This document shows, one piece after another, positions 19,121-28,510 of a DNA stretch of 58,472 nt. The position numbers and the translations under genes are program-made. The notes beneath the pieces are model-generated. The model did not search any database. It had not been told where the DNA came from and worked only from the letters and a program-made list of their open reading frames with translations. Source of the stretch: an uncultured Candidatus Saccharibacteria bacterium (lineage in GTDB: Bacteria; Patescibacteriota; Dojkabacteria; SC72). The stretch covers positions 7,702 through 66,173 of the forward strand of contig CAYOME010000002.1 of the NCBI GenBank assembly GCA_964405015.1, read 5' to 3'. How positions within the stretch are numbered: the first letter of the stretch is position 1; each line of letters begins with the position of its first letter.

Positions 19121-19629
19121 TTAAGTATATTTTTAGATATACCGTAGAGTATCCACACACTTGCTAAGCATGATATTACACTTGATACTAATATTGCTTG
19201 AGTTTGTATAGAGACAAAGAGTAATACAGAAGTACAAAGTAAGAGTAAGAATATTGTTTGTTTTATACTATCACTAAAATATTCAGATCTAACTCTTTCA
19301 ATTGTAAAATTCTTTTTATGAAGTTTGTGTACATAGAAGCCAACAAAAATACCTAAGTTGCTTATTAAAAGGATAGAGGTTAGTACAGGAACTATTCTAA
19401 ATATTTCTGTTATCTCTATCTTAAATACCAAATTAAGTATTACAAAACTTAATATGTTCATTATTGCAGCTATTACAAAAGCTATTAAAGAGAGTAGCAG
19501 TAATCTTTTGTTTTTAGACATAAAATAGATACCTAACAAAGAGACTAGTAATATGCTTCCAAGCAATATTGCTTCTTGAACTATTTCTAATGTACTCCAG
19601 TTGTTTAAAAGGTCAGTAAAGATTCTCAT
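19117..19629 (-). CDS. membrane protein, unknown function
   Basis: 170 aa with about 5 hydrophobic helices. Start and stop are coupled to the neighbouring genes by 4-nt overlaps. Confidence 0.5.
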   Translation of the reverse strand: MRIFTDLLNNWSTLEIVQEAILLGSILLVSLLGIYFMSKNKRLLLLSLIAFVIAAIMNILSFVILNLVFKIEITEIFRIVPVLTSILLISNLGIFVGFYVHKLHKKNFTIERVRSEYFSDSIKQTIFLLLLCTSVLLFVSIQTQAILVSSVISCLASVWILYGISKNILK

Positions 19630-20879
19630 ATTTTTAGTAACTTTCTCACTTTATATGTATAGAAAAGGGCAATCTGTTCAGATATATTTCCAAGTATTAA
19701 TAGGAAGAAGAGGTGGGACGCTAATATTTTTCCATATCCTGTACCTAGTATTGCTACTATTGAAGCAATCAATGCAAGTAATACATTCACTATTATTCTA
19801 GATTCTGTATTTTCAGTAGTTATTCTTAGTAATGCAATCATCATTATTACCTCTATTGTTAGAATGAATGTATCTATTGGTAATGCAGATATTTTTAGAT
19901 ATGCAATCCAAAGAGATATTGTAAGTAGGGATGTTAATGCTCCTACTAAGAGTACTTTTCTATCTGTTTTGTTAACAAAGTAAAGATATGCATATATTGC
20001 TAATACCGCAACTATTACTCCCTCTATGATTTTTACATAGTCTACCTCAATATTCTCTACTGGTTTTTCTTGTTGATCAATGACGGTATATGTAACAGGT
20101 ACTACACCAGAGTTATACAATATCGTAATTAATTCAGCTTCTTTCTTTTCTGTTGTAGATATTGGTAATGCAAATACGTATGGTTCTACAGCAGGTATTT
20201 GTACTGGTGTAACAAAACCATCTATAGATACTCCAACTTCTCTTCCAGCGTTATCACTTAAATATGTACTCCATTTTGTATTCCATGGCCATGTCTTAAA
20301 GAGTGCAAAGTATGAATATTCATTAGAGGAATTCTTTAATTGAGTAATGTAAATATTTCTAAAGGAGTTCCTGCTATATTCTGTTTCATTGTAGTTCTCT
20401 GAAAGATATATAGCGTAGGGGTTTTCTGGATCTTCGAAGTTTACATCCTCTTTCCTATCAACAACATTAATGATGAAAGGATTTCTTACTAACTCATCTA
20501 TATATTCTTGAGGTTGAGAGGCTTGTATTAATACAGAGATATATTCTTTATCATTCTCTGCAAATCTACTCATATCTATCTTCTCAACACCAACTCTACT
20601 TACCCTTTTAAAAATTACAGACATGATCTTGTCTATCTCTTTCTCTCTGTTTTCTGAATTGAAATTGTCAATTTCTAAAGTATATTCTTTTGCCCAGTAA
20701 AGATCTTTTTTAGTATTAAGATCATATGTAACATTTGAAGAAATCCTTTCTGTAAGGGGTAGTGCTATTAATATGGATACAAGTATTGCAGATGTAAGCA
20801 GTATTACTCCTATGTAGTTTAATACATATTTTATATCAATCTTGCGTGTACGAATCTTTGGGAATATTATTTTTTTCAT
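19626..20879 (-). CDS. SecD/SecF-like (RND-superfamily-like) membrane protein, divergent
   Basis: N-terminal TM, a large extracytoplasmic domain, then a C-terminal 5-helix bundle. LGTGYGKILASHLFFLLILGNIS resembles the SecD FGTGPVKGFAVTL segment, judged by eye only. Confidence 0.4.
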   Translation of the reverse strand: MKKIIFPKIRTRKIDIKYVLNYIGVILLTSAILVSILIALPLTERISSNVTYDLNTKKDLYWAKEYTLEIDNFNSENREKEIDKIMSVIFKRVSRVGVEKIDMSRFAENDKEYISVLIQASQPQEYIDELVRNPFIINVVDRKEDVNFEDPENPYAIYLSENYNETEYSRNSFRNIYITQLKNSSNEYSYFALFKTWPWNTKWSTYLSDNAGREVGVSIDGFVTPVQIPAVEPYVFALPISTTEKKEAELITILYNSGVVPVTYTVIDQQEKPVENIEVDYVKIIEGVIVAVLAIYAYLYFVNKTDRKVLLVGALTSLLTISLWIAYLKISALPIDTFILTIEVIMMIALLRITTENTESRIIVNVLLALIASIVAILGTGYGKILASHLFFLLILGNISEQIALFYTYKVRKLLKI

Positions 20880-20881
20880 AG

Positions 20882-21454
20882 CTATATTAAGTCAGTATCT
20901 TTTCCAATTATTAATATCTTGTCATTCAAAAGAGCATTCATGAGTATTGGATCTTTCTTTCTCCTTCCAAATTCATAATCATCAGCCTTCATTGCTGCAT
21001 ATTTAATTACTTTGCCAATTTCTTTCTCTAATGAATTCATTGCAGTAGTAAGATCTCTAATCTTCATATCTCCAATGAAAAGCATATCTATATCAGTAGG
21101 TTGATCATGTTTCTCTTTAAGGAATGCTTCTGTAACTATTGCAACTTGAATACCATCTACTTCTGAAAGTCTCTCATACAACAATTTACCTAAATCAGAT
21201 TCTTTAAAAAACATACCTCTTAATTCCCAGAGTATGGGACAACTCCTATCAAGGGTATATACAATTTTGTTACCATCTTTAACGGATTTAAGAATACCAG
21301 CACTCTTGAGATTGATCAATTCTCTTCTAACAGCATTGATCTCTTCTCCAAGTTCTCTTACCAATCCTCTAACATGGTAATTAGCCTTCATATTAAGCAT
21401 ATACTTCTCGAGTATTCTTATTCTTACTTTTGAGATAAAAAGATTTTTTAACAT
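20882..21454 (-). CDS. winged-helix transcriptional regulator with C-terminal nucleotidyltransferase-like domain
   Basis: N-terminal ArsR/wHTH-like segment (VRGLVRELGEEINAVRRELINLKSAGIL). Confidence 0.5.
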   Translation of the reverse strand: MLKNLFISKVRIRILEKYMLNMKANYHVRGLVRELGEEINAVRRELINLKSAGILKSVKDGNKIVYTLDRSCPILWELRGMFFKESDLGKLLYERLSEVDGIQVAIVTEAFLKEKHDQPTDIDMLFIGDMKIRDLTTAMNSLEKEIGKVIKYAAMKADDYEFGRRKKDPILMNALLNDKILIIGKDTDLI

Positions 21455-21518
21455 AGCCCGTGTAATATAAATATATATTAAATAGGCCTAGCATATTAAA
21501 CTAGGTCCATGGGGCATT

Positions 21519-22832
21519 TTATTGTTCAATTATAGCAAATTTTCCTTCAGAACGAGCAAGAGCACTAATCCATATTCTTCCTCTGTTAAATTGTACCTCA
21601 TTTCCATTGGAATCATAATAGGAAGTTCTGTCTGTTCTACTAATTTTTTCCCATGTACCTTCTGTAATTTTACCATCCATTAGATATACAGCCTTACCCT
21701 TTCCAATAGTATCTTGAATAATTCTACCCTTGTCATCGTAGCTAGGACTCATATTAATCTCTTGAACTATCAAGTTCTTTGCATATACCTGAGTATTAGT
21801 TTCTTGATCTAAAGAAGCATGTCTACCTGTTTGTAAAAGATAGCTGTTTGTTTTACTGTCATATGTCCATACAGTATCATACATTCCACTGTTGTTAATT
21901 CTTTGATGGAATACAATATTTACTTTAGTCTTTTCACCCCTTTCTTCTACAGGAGCATCATTTTTAAATTTCCATGACTCTACATTAGGGAATGAATCCC
22001 AATTCATCTTCTCTGCATATTCCCAAGCATTTGTAATGGATGAATATTCATTGTGAGGAGCATACCTTCTTCCATCATTCCATCTCCATGCTCCAATTGT
22101 AGCTAATTTCTTAATATTATAAGAATATATATTCCCACATGCATCAGTTTTAGGATTGTCTGTTTCTGCACATCCGTCATATATGTAAAGAGGATCATAT
22201 GGACTTAACCATTCTAAGTAATACTGTCTTGCACTTCTAATGGGCCCAACCTTTGCAGGTGCTTCACTCCAAAATATTGCTAGATATCTTGTAATACCTG
22301 ATTCTGCTAATGCTTCATATACAACATCTGCACTGTTTAATCCAGATTGGGGTCTAGCTTCAGAATGATTGTTGATCATTACAGCAACAGGCCTGTTCTT
22401 TTTAAGTTTGTCCATCTCTGTTTTTGTAAACAGTAATCCATTAAGAGGACTAACCTCTGTTTTAGGTTCTTGTGGAGGAACAGTAGGGGTATTAGGTAAG
22501 AATATCTCCCTAGACTTAGATATCAAATATTCACTGTTTAGGTTAATAACCTCGGAGGGCATTACAAATGGTTTAGCTTTGTATATACCAAAATAGTAGA
22601 AAGCAGCAATACCTAGTAACAATGTACATGCCGATACCAATATTATTAATGTCCTTGTTTTAGGTGATAGGGATATTTTCTTTTTAGTTTTTACTTCTCC
22701 AACTGGATTATTCACTTCTACAACATCTTTTTTCTCTTCAACGACCTCTCTCTTTTCCACAACAAGATCTTTCTTTTCTATACTCTCTTCAACAATATTT
22801 CCCTTCTTTTTAGATATGGTTATCTCTTTCAC
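21519..22832 (-). CDS. DUF3048 (YerB-like) secreted/membrane-anchored protein
   Basis: RPVAVMINNHSEARPQSGLNSADVVYEALAESGITRYLAIF is the DUF3048 core. An N-terminal TM anchor is present. Confidence 0.75.
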   Translation of the reverse strand: MKEITISKKKGNIVEESIEKKDLVVEKREVVEEKKDVVEVNNPVGEVKTKKKISLSPKTRTLIILVSACTLLLGIAAFYYFGIYKAKPFVMPSEVINLNSEYLISKSREIFLPNTPTVPPQEPKTEVSPLNGLLFTKTEMDKLKKNRPVAVMINNHSEARPQSGLNSADVVYEALAESGITRYLAIFWSEAPAKVGPIRSARQYYLEWLSPYDPLYIYDGCAETDNPKTDACGNIYSYNIKKLATIGAWRWNDGRRYAPHNEYSSITNAWEYAEKMNWDSFPNVESWKFKNDAPVEERGEKTKVNIVFHQRINNSGMYDTVWTYDSKTNSYLLQTGRHASLDQETNTQVYAKNLIVQEINMSPSYDDKGRIIQDTIGKGKAVYLMDGKITEGTWEKISRTDRTSYYDSNGNEVQFNRGRIWISALARSEGKFAIIEQ

Positions 22833-22940
22833 ATTAAGTAATGGTAATAGATATATATGTATAATTTACCATTAGATGTATACAATGTTAAATCTATCTA
22901 TGATAATATCTAAATATATTAATATGAAAGGCTTTTACAT

Positions 22941-23960
22941 ATGAAAACAAGATATCTTTTGTATATATGTCTAATATTACTTAGTTCATTTCTTTTAACA
23001 GGTTGTACAAAGAAAGATCCTTCATATGATACATCCAAGATAGATATTGTAGACTCTGATACACAAGAGAAACAAGAAGAAGAGAGTAAGGATGAAAATA
23101 CCAATTCCGATGATTTAGGATATATATCTAATCCAGAAAATTTTACAAGAGAGAAGCAAAGTATCGGTGCAGAATCTTCCTTGGAATATACCATTGATTC
23201 TGTAGAGAATGTTCAATCCGATGGATATCATCTTTTTAAGTTCAAAATATCAACTACCTCTGATCAACCTTCACTACCATATGTAATATTAGAACCAATA
23301 TTAGACAAGGGAGTATTTAGAGTAACTGTAAAAGGTGTAGCTAAGGACAACAGTGGTATTGGATATCAAACTAGTGTGGCAGTAGATAAAGGGGCAATAA
23401 CAGGAATATATAGGGCTGTTACATCTGTAGAAAAAACTTCTGTATATGAAATAGGCTTCTTGGGAACGAACAATATGTTGTTAGAATATGAAGAGACTGG
23501 TACAAGTAGCTGGGATATATCTGTAAAAGTATCATATGATTTGAAATATTCACCTCCTAGTATAGATTTTGGTAGTACAGAATTTAGTAGTGAGCCTCAA
23601 AGTATTGAAGGTATGACTTCTTCAGATGGTGCTAGAATATCTTCATACTCTTACAGTGTATCTGGTGGTGTTTTGAAATTTGTATATTCTGTAGCTAGTG
23701 GTACTTCTAATCCAATTCCTTCTGTAGAAGCCTCATATGATGATATGAATATATTAGATGTTAGATTTACTTCTTTAGACTCAGACAAAGTATCTGGATG
23801 GGCAAAAACAATATCTTTACCTAGTGGTATTGTTGTAAATGTATCAAGGTCTGGTGATGTAAGTAGTTACAGGTTTGGTGGTTTAGGTGCTCCAAGACCA
23901 TTCAAATTAAGTGCTACACAGAGTCCTAATAGTGTGATTGTCGAGATTAAATTAAATTAA
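22941..23960 (+). CDS. lipoprotein, unknown function
   Basis: Signal peptide with lipobox LLTGC. Acidic linker, no recognised domain. Confidence 0.6.
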   Translation: MKTRYLLYICLILLSSFLLTGCTKKDPSYDTSKIDIVDSDTQEKQEEESKDENTNSDDLGYISNPENFTREKQSIGAESSLEYTIDSVENVQSDGYHLFKFKISTTSDQPSLPYVILEPILDKGVFRVTVKGVAKDNSGIGYQTSVAVDKGAITGIYRAVTSVEKTSVYEIGFLGTNNMLLEYEETGTSSWDISVKVSYDLKYSPPSIDFGSTEFSSEPQSIEGMTSSDGARISSYSYSVSGGVLKFVYSVASGTSNPIPSVEASYDDMNILDVRFTSLDSDKVSGWAKTISLPSGIVVNVSRSGDVSSYRFGGLGAPRPFKLSATQSPNSVIVEIKLN

Positions 23961-23973
23961 GAAAATTACTAAC

Positions 23974-24555
23974 ATGATATCCAGAGAAAAAGCTCAGGAG
24001 TTAATAGGCAAATATGTAACTACACAATGGTTAAAGTTACATATGAGAGAAACAGAAGTAATATTACAAGGAGTAGCTAAAGAATTAGGAGAAGATCCTA
24101 ATACTTGGGGTATTGCAGGTTTACTACATGATTTAGATTTTGACTATGTTGGTAAAGATCCTGAAAGGCATGTTGTTGAGTTTGATGATATCTTAGCTAA
24201 AGAGAATATCTCTGTTGGAGAAGATATTACTCCTGAAATGTATCACGCTATTAAATCCCACTATGAAGATAACCCAAAGGTAGATCAAAAAAGAGAATCT
24301 AACTTTGACTTTGCTCTTTCTGCTGCAGAAAATTTAAGTGGTTTTTTAGTTGCTTGTGCATTGGTTATGCCTGATAAAAAGATTAGTTCTGTACAGGTAG
24401 ATTCAGTTATAAAGAAGTTAAAAAAGAAAGAATTTGCCAGAGCAGTTAACAGAGAATATATATATGATATTGAAAAAACAGGTATATCTTTAGAAAAATT
24501 TGTAGAGATTGCATTAAGGGAATTGAATCTGATATCTGAAGAGATAGGGTTGTAA
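23974..24555 (+). CDS. HD-domain phosphohydrolase
   Basis: H...LLHDLD metal-binding motif in a 193-aa protein. Confidence 0.7.
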   Translation: MISREKAQELIGKYVTTQWLKLHMRETEVILQGVAKELGEDPNTWGIAGLLHDLDFDYVGKDPERHVVEFDDILAKENISVGEDITPEMYHAIKSHYEDNPKVDQKRESNFDFALSAAENLSGFLVACALVMPDKKISSVQVDSVIKKLKKKEFARAVNREYIYDIEKTGISLEKFVEIALRELNLISEEIGL

Positions 24556-24556
24556 G

Positions 24557-25072
24557 ATGGATATTGTAATTGTACATGGCAACAAGATTCGTAAAGATGG
24601 GAGTATATCATTTGATTACAAGAGTAGGTTAGATACAGCTATTAATACTGCTAAAGAGAATAGCTGTGATTTAATTGTAATTACTGGTGGTTCTGTTAGA
24701 AAGGGTTTTGAATCAGACTCCTACTATGGTTTTCAATATATTAAAGATTTAACTGATATTAATACCATTTTAGAACAGGAGAGTAAGACTTCTGTAGAGA
24801 ATATTCTTTTTACAGTTAATATCCTAAAGGGTATTAAAAAGATTGGGAGGGTGTATGTTGTTTCTTCTGATTATCATATTCTTAGATTAAGATATCTATA
24901 CAAGAATCTTTTTAAGGTTAAGTTTAAAGAGATATTTTTTGTTGGATCTAAATCTAGTTTTAGTATGTTTAAACATATTGTTGATTTTGTAATACTTCTT
25001 TACTATCTTTTTGATATATATGAGGAGTATATACCTAGTATTACGAAAAAGATTTTTAGGAGTGGGGGATAG
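24557..25072 (+). CDS. DUF218 (YdcF/ElyC-like) protein
   Basis: IVIVHGN, LIVITGG and SSDYHILR motifs. Confidence 0.7.
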   Translation: MDIVIVHGNKIRKDGSISFDYKSRLDTAINTAKENSCDLIVITGGSVRKGFESDSYYGFQYIKDLTDINTILEQESKTSVENILFTVNILKGIKKIGRVYVVSSDYHILRLRYLYKNLFKVKFKEIFFVGSKSSFSMFKHIVDFVILLYYLFDIYEEYIPSITKKIFRSGG

Positions 25073-25202
25073 TTCGTGTTAGAAGAAAAAATTCTATGAT
25101 AGACTAAGACTAGGTCAAGATATATAAACCTATACTTAATGCTTAATAGTAATATTTATTAAGTTCACCTTTGTAAATAATTTGATACATCTCTATATCA
25201 AT

Positions 25203-25775
25203 ATGAAGGGGGTTATTAAATTTCTAAAGAAATACTATTTACCAATATTAATAGTTTCTTTAATGAGATTGTTATGTTACATAGTCCTTTTCTTTGATCC
25301 ATTTGTTGGAATACTTCTATCATTTCTCTTAGATTTTTGTGACGCTGGTATTCTTTACATCTTCAATGTTCCTAGAAATGATTACGAAAAAGAATATCAT
25401 CATATTGATAAGCCGTTGGATTACATAATGTATCTCTTAATACTTCCTCTTACATACAATACCCCTATCTTTAATTTGATATTGATATCTTTAATTTTAA
25501 GAACAGTAGCTACATTTATATATGCTAAGAGTAATAACCGTAAAATATTTGTATTGATACCTAACTTCGTTGAGTATATATATCTTGTATATTTGTTAGG
25601 TATAAAGATTGGATATGAGGGTTTGATATTTGATTACAGAGCTTGGATTGTCCTAATTCTCTTTAAATTAGGTCAAGAGATTGTTTTACATATCTATGGA
25701 TTTAAAACAAATCGTGGATATACTATTTGGAAAGCTCTTAAAATACCACAATTCTTCAAGGATTTTAGATATTAA
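25203..25775 (+). CDS. polytopic membrane protein, unknown function
   Basis: Hydrophobic ORF. I prefer the ATG at 25203 to the TTG at 25182. Confidence 0.5.
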   Translation: MKGVIKFLKKYYLPILIVSLMRLLCYIVLFFDPFVGILLSFLLDFCDAGILYIFNVPRNDYEKEYHHIDKPLDYIMYLLILPLTYNTPIFNLILISLILRTVATFIYAKSNNRKIFVLIPNFVEYIYLVYLLGIKIGYEGLIFDYRAWIVLILFKLGQEIVLHIYGFKTNRGYTIWKALKIPQFFKDFRY

Positions 25776-25796
25776 TGTATAATTTGGGTACTCTAT

Positions 25797-25873
25797 CGGG
25801 GTGTAGTTCAGTTGGCTAGAGCGCTTGCATGGGGTGCAAGAGGTCGCACGTTCAAGTCGTGTCACCCCGACCA
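25797..25873 (+). tRNA. tRNA-Pro (anticodon GGG)
   Basis: Manual cloverleaf: acceptor CGGGGTG/CACCCCG, anticodon stem CTTGC/GCAAG with loop ATGGGGT (G37), T-arm GCACG-TTCAAGT-CGTGT, encoded CCA. Confidence 0.85.
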
Positions 25874-25996
25874 ATTAAGACGAGACCCTCCCAAAGTATT
25901 GATACATAGGCATTATCAGTGTGATACATCATATGTATCAGATTTATCAAAATTTCAGTAAAGTAACGCAATATCCCTATATATAGGCATTTCCTC

Positions 25997-26015
25997 CGTT
26001 CAAGTCCTGTCAGGT
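25997..26015 (+). repeat. degenerate copy of the tRNA-Pro T-arm/3' half
   Basis: CCGTTCAAGTCCTGTCAGG versus tRNA ACGTTCAAGTCGTGTCACC. They share a 10-mer (CGTTCAAGTC) and TGTCA, about 125 nt downstream of the tRNA. Confidence 0.4.
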
Positions 26016-26081
26016 GTTATGCTGTTTTCTGTTCGTACAAATCGATATCCTTTGTTCATATAACTTTTTACACAATTATAT

Positions 26082-26315
26082 ATGGATAAGATGGATTTAA
26101 TAGATTCAGAGGTAACTCTGGATGAGCTATTTGAGTGGTTGAAGGACGAGATTGGAAAAGGGAACTTCCCGCAGTTCGAGAATAAATCAGATGGGGAGTT
26201 ACTTGAACTAATTAAGGTTGCGAAGCCTTTGATCGAGATTGAGCTAAAATTGGCTAATGCTTTTGCATGGGAGCAGATAAATTCGATTAAGAAAAAAGAA
26301 GAGAAGTTGATATAA
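26082..26315 (+). CDS. small acidic hypothetical protein
   Basis: 77-aa ORF immediately upstream of the ASCH gene. No recognised family. Confidence 0.35.
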   Translation: MDKMDLIDSEVTLDELFEWLKDEIGKGNFPQFENKSDGELLELIKVAKPLIEIELKLANAFAWEQINSIKKKEEKLI

Positions 26316-26323
26316 TACTTCAT

Positions 26324-26749
26324 ATGAACCACATAGCAATAATGAAAAAATCATGGGGCTTAATACCTAAGATAATTTCGGGCGAGAAAACAATCGAATC
26401 AAGGTGGTACAAAAATAGAATCGCACCTTGGGATCGAATCCACGAAGGGGATACTGTTTATTTTAAAGACTCTGGAGAACCAGTTTCAGCAGTTGCAAAA
26501 GTATCTAATGTCTTACAGTTTAGTAATCTCGACAAAAAGCAATTTACAGAAATTATGACTAAATATGCAGATCAAATCTGTCTCAAAACACGTGAGTACG
26601 ATGATTATTACAAATCGAAGAATTATTGCATTTTGATACTTCTAACTGAACCAAAAAGAGTAGAAAAAACTTTTAGTATAGACAAAACTGGATATGGTAT
26701 TTCATCAGCTTGGATGTGTGTTGAGGATGTAGAAAAGATAAAAAAGTAG
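26324..26749 (+). CDS. ASCH (PUA-like) domain protein
   Basis: 141 aa. IMKKSWGLIPKIISGEKTIESRW...GDTVYFK matches the ASCH N-terminal beta-barrel signature. Confidence 0.7.
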   Translation: MNHIAIMKKSWGLIPKIISGEKTIESRWYKNRIAPWDRIHEGDTVYFKDSGEPVSAVAKVSNVLQFSNLDKKQFTEIMTKYADQICLKTREYDDYYKSKNYCILILLTEPKRVEKTFSIDKTGYGISSAWMCVEDVEKIKK

Positions 26750-26835
26750 TAAAGCTTAGTCAAATCATTAATTCCCTTTCGGTAAACAAAACTTTACTAG
26801 ATTAACCTGTTTTAGTTAGATACAATTGTTTAGAT

Positions 26836-27543
26836 ATGAAGAATATACACGAAATACAACTAAACATTCTGAGAACGCTTTTATTTGCCAAATCAAAACG
26901 ATATTCAGAAATAAAACCAATTGACATGGAAGGTAGCCAGTTCAAATTCCATATGGACACCTTGATATCATCAAACTACATCGTAAAAGACTCAAAAGGA
27001 TTATATTCGTTAACACCTGATGGTAAAGAACTTGCTAACCAAATGGATTCAATAGAAATCCTAATGAAGAAGCAATCCAAGATTACCGCAAAGATATGTT
27101 GTATTAGAAGTATGAATGATGAAAATGAGTATCTTTTGTATAAGAGACTAAAAAATCCATTTTATGGCTCTCAGGGTTTTCCTAACTCAAAGATATGGTA
27201 TGGATCATCCTTTACTGAAGGAGCAAAAAGTGGACTATATAAAGAGACCAACTTAGTTGGTGAACCTGAACTATTCGCAATACGTCACTACACAGTATAT
27301 GACAAAAACAATGGGGATCTCTTAGAGGATAAAACAATGTTCCTCTTTAAAGTAATCAATCCTTCTGGTGAACTTCAAAGTAAAAAGGATGGTGAATTTT
27401 CATGGGTTAAGGAGTCAAATATATCTAACTTTGTGAAGAATCCGCTTCCTGAATTTCGTGAAGTTTTCCAATTATTGAATAAAACTCCTCAAATTGATTT
27501 CTTTAAAGAAGTTGCACACGAAGTTAATATAGATAATTTTTAG
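26836..27543 (+). CDS. winged-helix DNA-binding domain fused to a Nudix-like (degenerate box) domain
   Basis: N-terminal wHTH (IQLNILRTLLFAKSKRYSEI...LISSNYIV). The C-terminal region has a Nudix-fold-like pattern, GFPNSKIWYGSSFTEGAKSGLYKETNL. Confidence 0.5.
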   Translation: MKNIHEIQLNILRTLLFAKSKRYSEIKPIDMEGSQFKFHMDTLISSNYIVKDSKGLYSLTPDGKELANQMDSIEILMKKQSKITAKICCIRSMNDENEYLLYKRLKNPFYGSQGFPNSKIWYGSSFTEGAKSGLYKETNLVGEPELFAIRHYTVYDKNNGDLLEDKTMFLFKVINPSGELQSKKDGEFSWVKESNISNFVKNPLPEFREVFQLLNKTPQIDFFKEVAHEVNIDNF

Positions 27544-27553
27544 AAAAAGTAAC

Positions 27554-28510
27554 ATGAAAACGATAACAATCTGCGGAAGTATGCTATTCCATAAGGAAAT
27601 GACAAAGTTTAAAGAGATTCTTGAAGCAATGGGCTATCACGCTAATGCTCCAAAGTCTTTTGAGGAAATGGGGATCATTAATTACAATAAATACACTCAA
27701 GAGGAAGGGAAAGAATTAAAGATTAAGTATGATCTTATCAGAGATTACTATTTAAAAATTATTGATTCAGATTCAGTATTAATCGCAAATTACGAAAAGA
27801 AAGGCGTTAAAGGATATGTGGGAGGAAATACATTGTTAGAGATGGGTTTCGCTTATTCTAACCATAGAAATATATTTATGGTAAATCCTTCCCCTGATAT
27901 GCCCTATAAAGCGGAAATCGAAGCTATGCAACCAATTGTTATTGGAGAAGATCTTACACAAATTCAAAAGTATTTTGAAGCATTGCCAAAGGTCTTTGTA
28001 AGTTCTGATAACAGCATTAAAGTACAATCAGTTTCATTTAGTTTAAGGGAGAGTGGTTACAACTATGACGTTTTAGGTATTAAAACTTCATCTAAGGTTA
28101 GCGAGCAACCTATGAGCATTGATGAAACATATAATGGTGCAATGAATAGATTAGCAGACCTTAGAGAAAAAGTTAAAGATAAAAAGTATCAATATCTAGT
28201 CTCCATTGAGAGTGGATTGGCAAAATTACATAAGGATCATAATTATTTCAATGTGACGGTTTCCATTGTCGAGGACAGCGAAGGAAATTCAAAAACAAGC
28301 ATAGTATCTGATATCGAATTCCCTAAGGAGATGACAGACTTAGTACCAAGTAAGTATCCAGATTTGGGAGTACTTGTACAGAAAGAGTACAATTCAAAGT
28401 ATAAGGATCCATTTCAATATTATACGGATGGTAAAGTCAAAAGAATTGATTTACTGAAATACGCTGTTAAGAACACTTTGTCTCAATTTAAAACAAATCA
28501 AAATGATTAA
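27554..28510 (+). CDS. fusion protein: nucleoside 2-deoxyribosyltransferase/DNPH1-like N-glycosidase domain + YjjX-type inosine/xanthosine triphosphatase domain
   Basis: The N-terminal half has TICGSM...GYVGGNTLLEMGFAYSNHRNIFMV (compare DNPH1 FCGSIRGG...GVGYELG). The C-terminal half has SSKVSEQPMSIDETYNGAMNRL...SIESGL...TDGKVKR (compare YjjX [20 protein letters not shown]...AIEAGI). Confidence 0.6.
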   Translation: MKTITICGSMLFHKEMTKFKEILEAMGYHANAPKSFEEMGIINYNKYTQEEGKELKIKYDLIRDYYLKIIDSDSVLIANYEKKGVKGYVGGNTLLEMGFAYSNHRNIFMVNPSPDMPYKAEIEAMQPIVIGEDLTQIQKYFEALPKVFVSSDNSIKVQSVSFSLRESGYNYDVLGIKTSSKVSEQPMSIDETYNGAMNRLADLREKVKDKKYQYLVSIESGLAKLHKDHNYFNVTVSIVEDSEGNSKTSIVSDIEFPKEMTDLVPSKYPDLGVLVQKEYNSKYKDPFQYYTDGKVKRIDLLKYAVKNTLSQFKTNQND

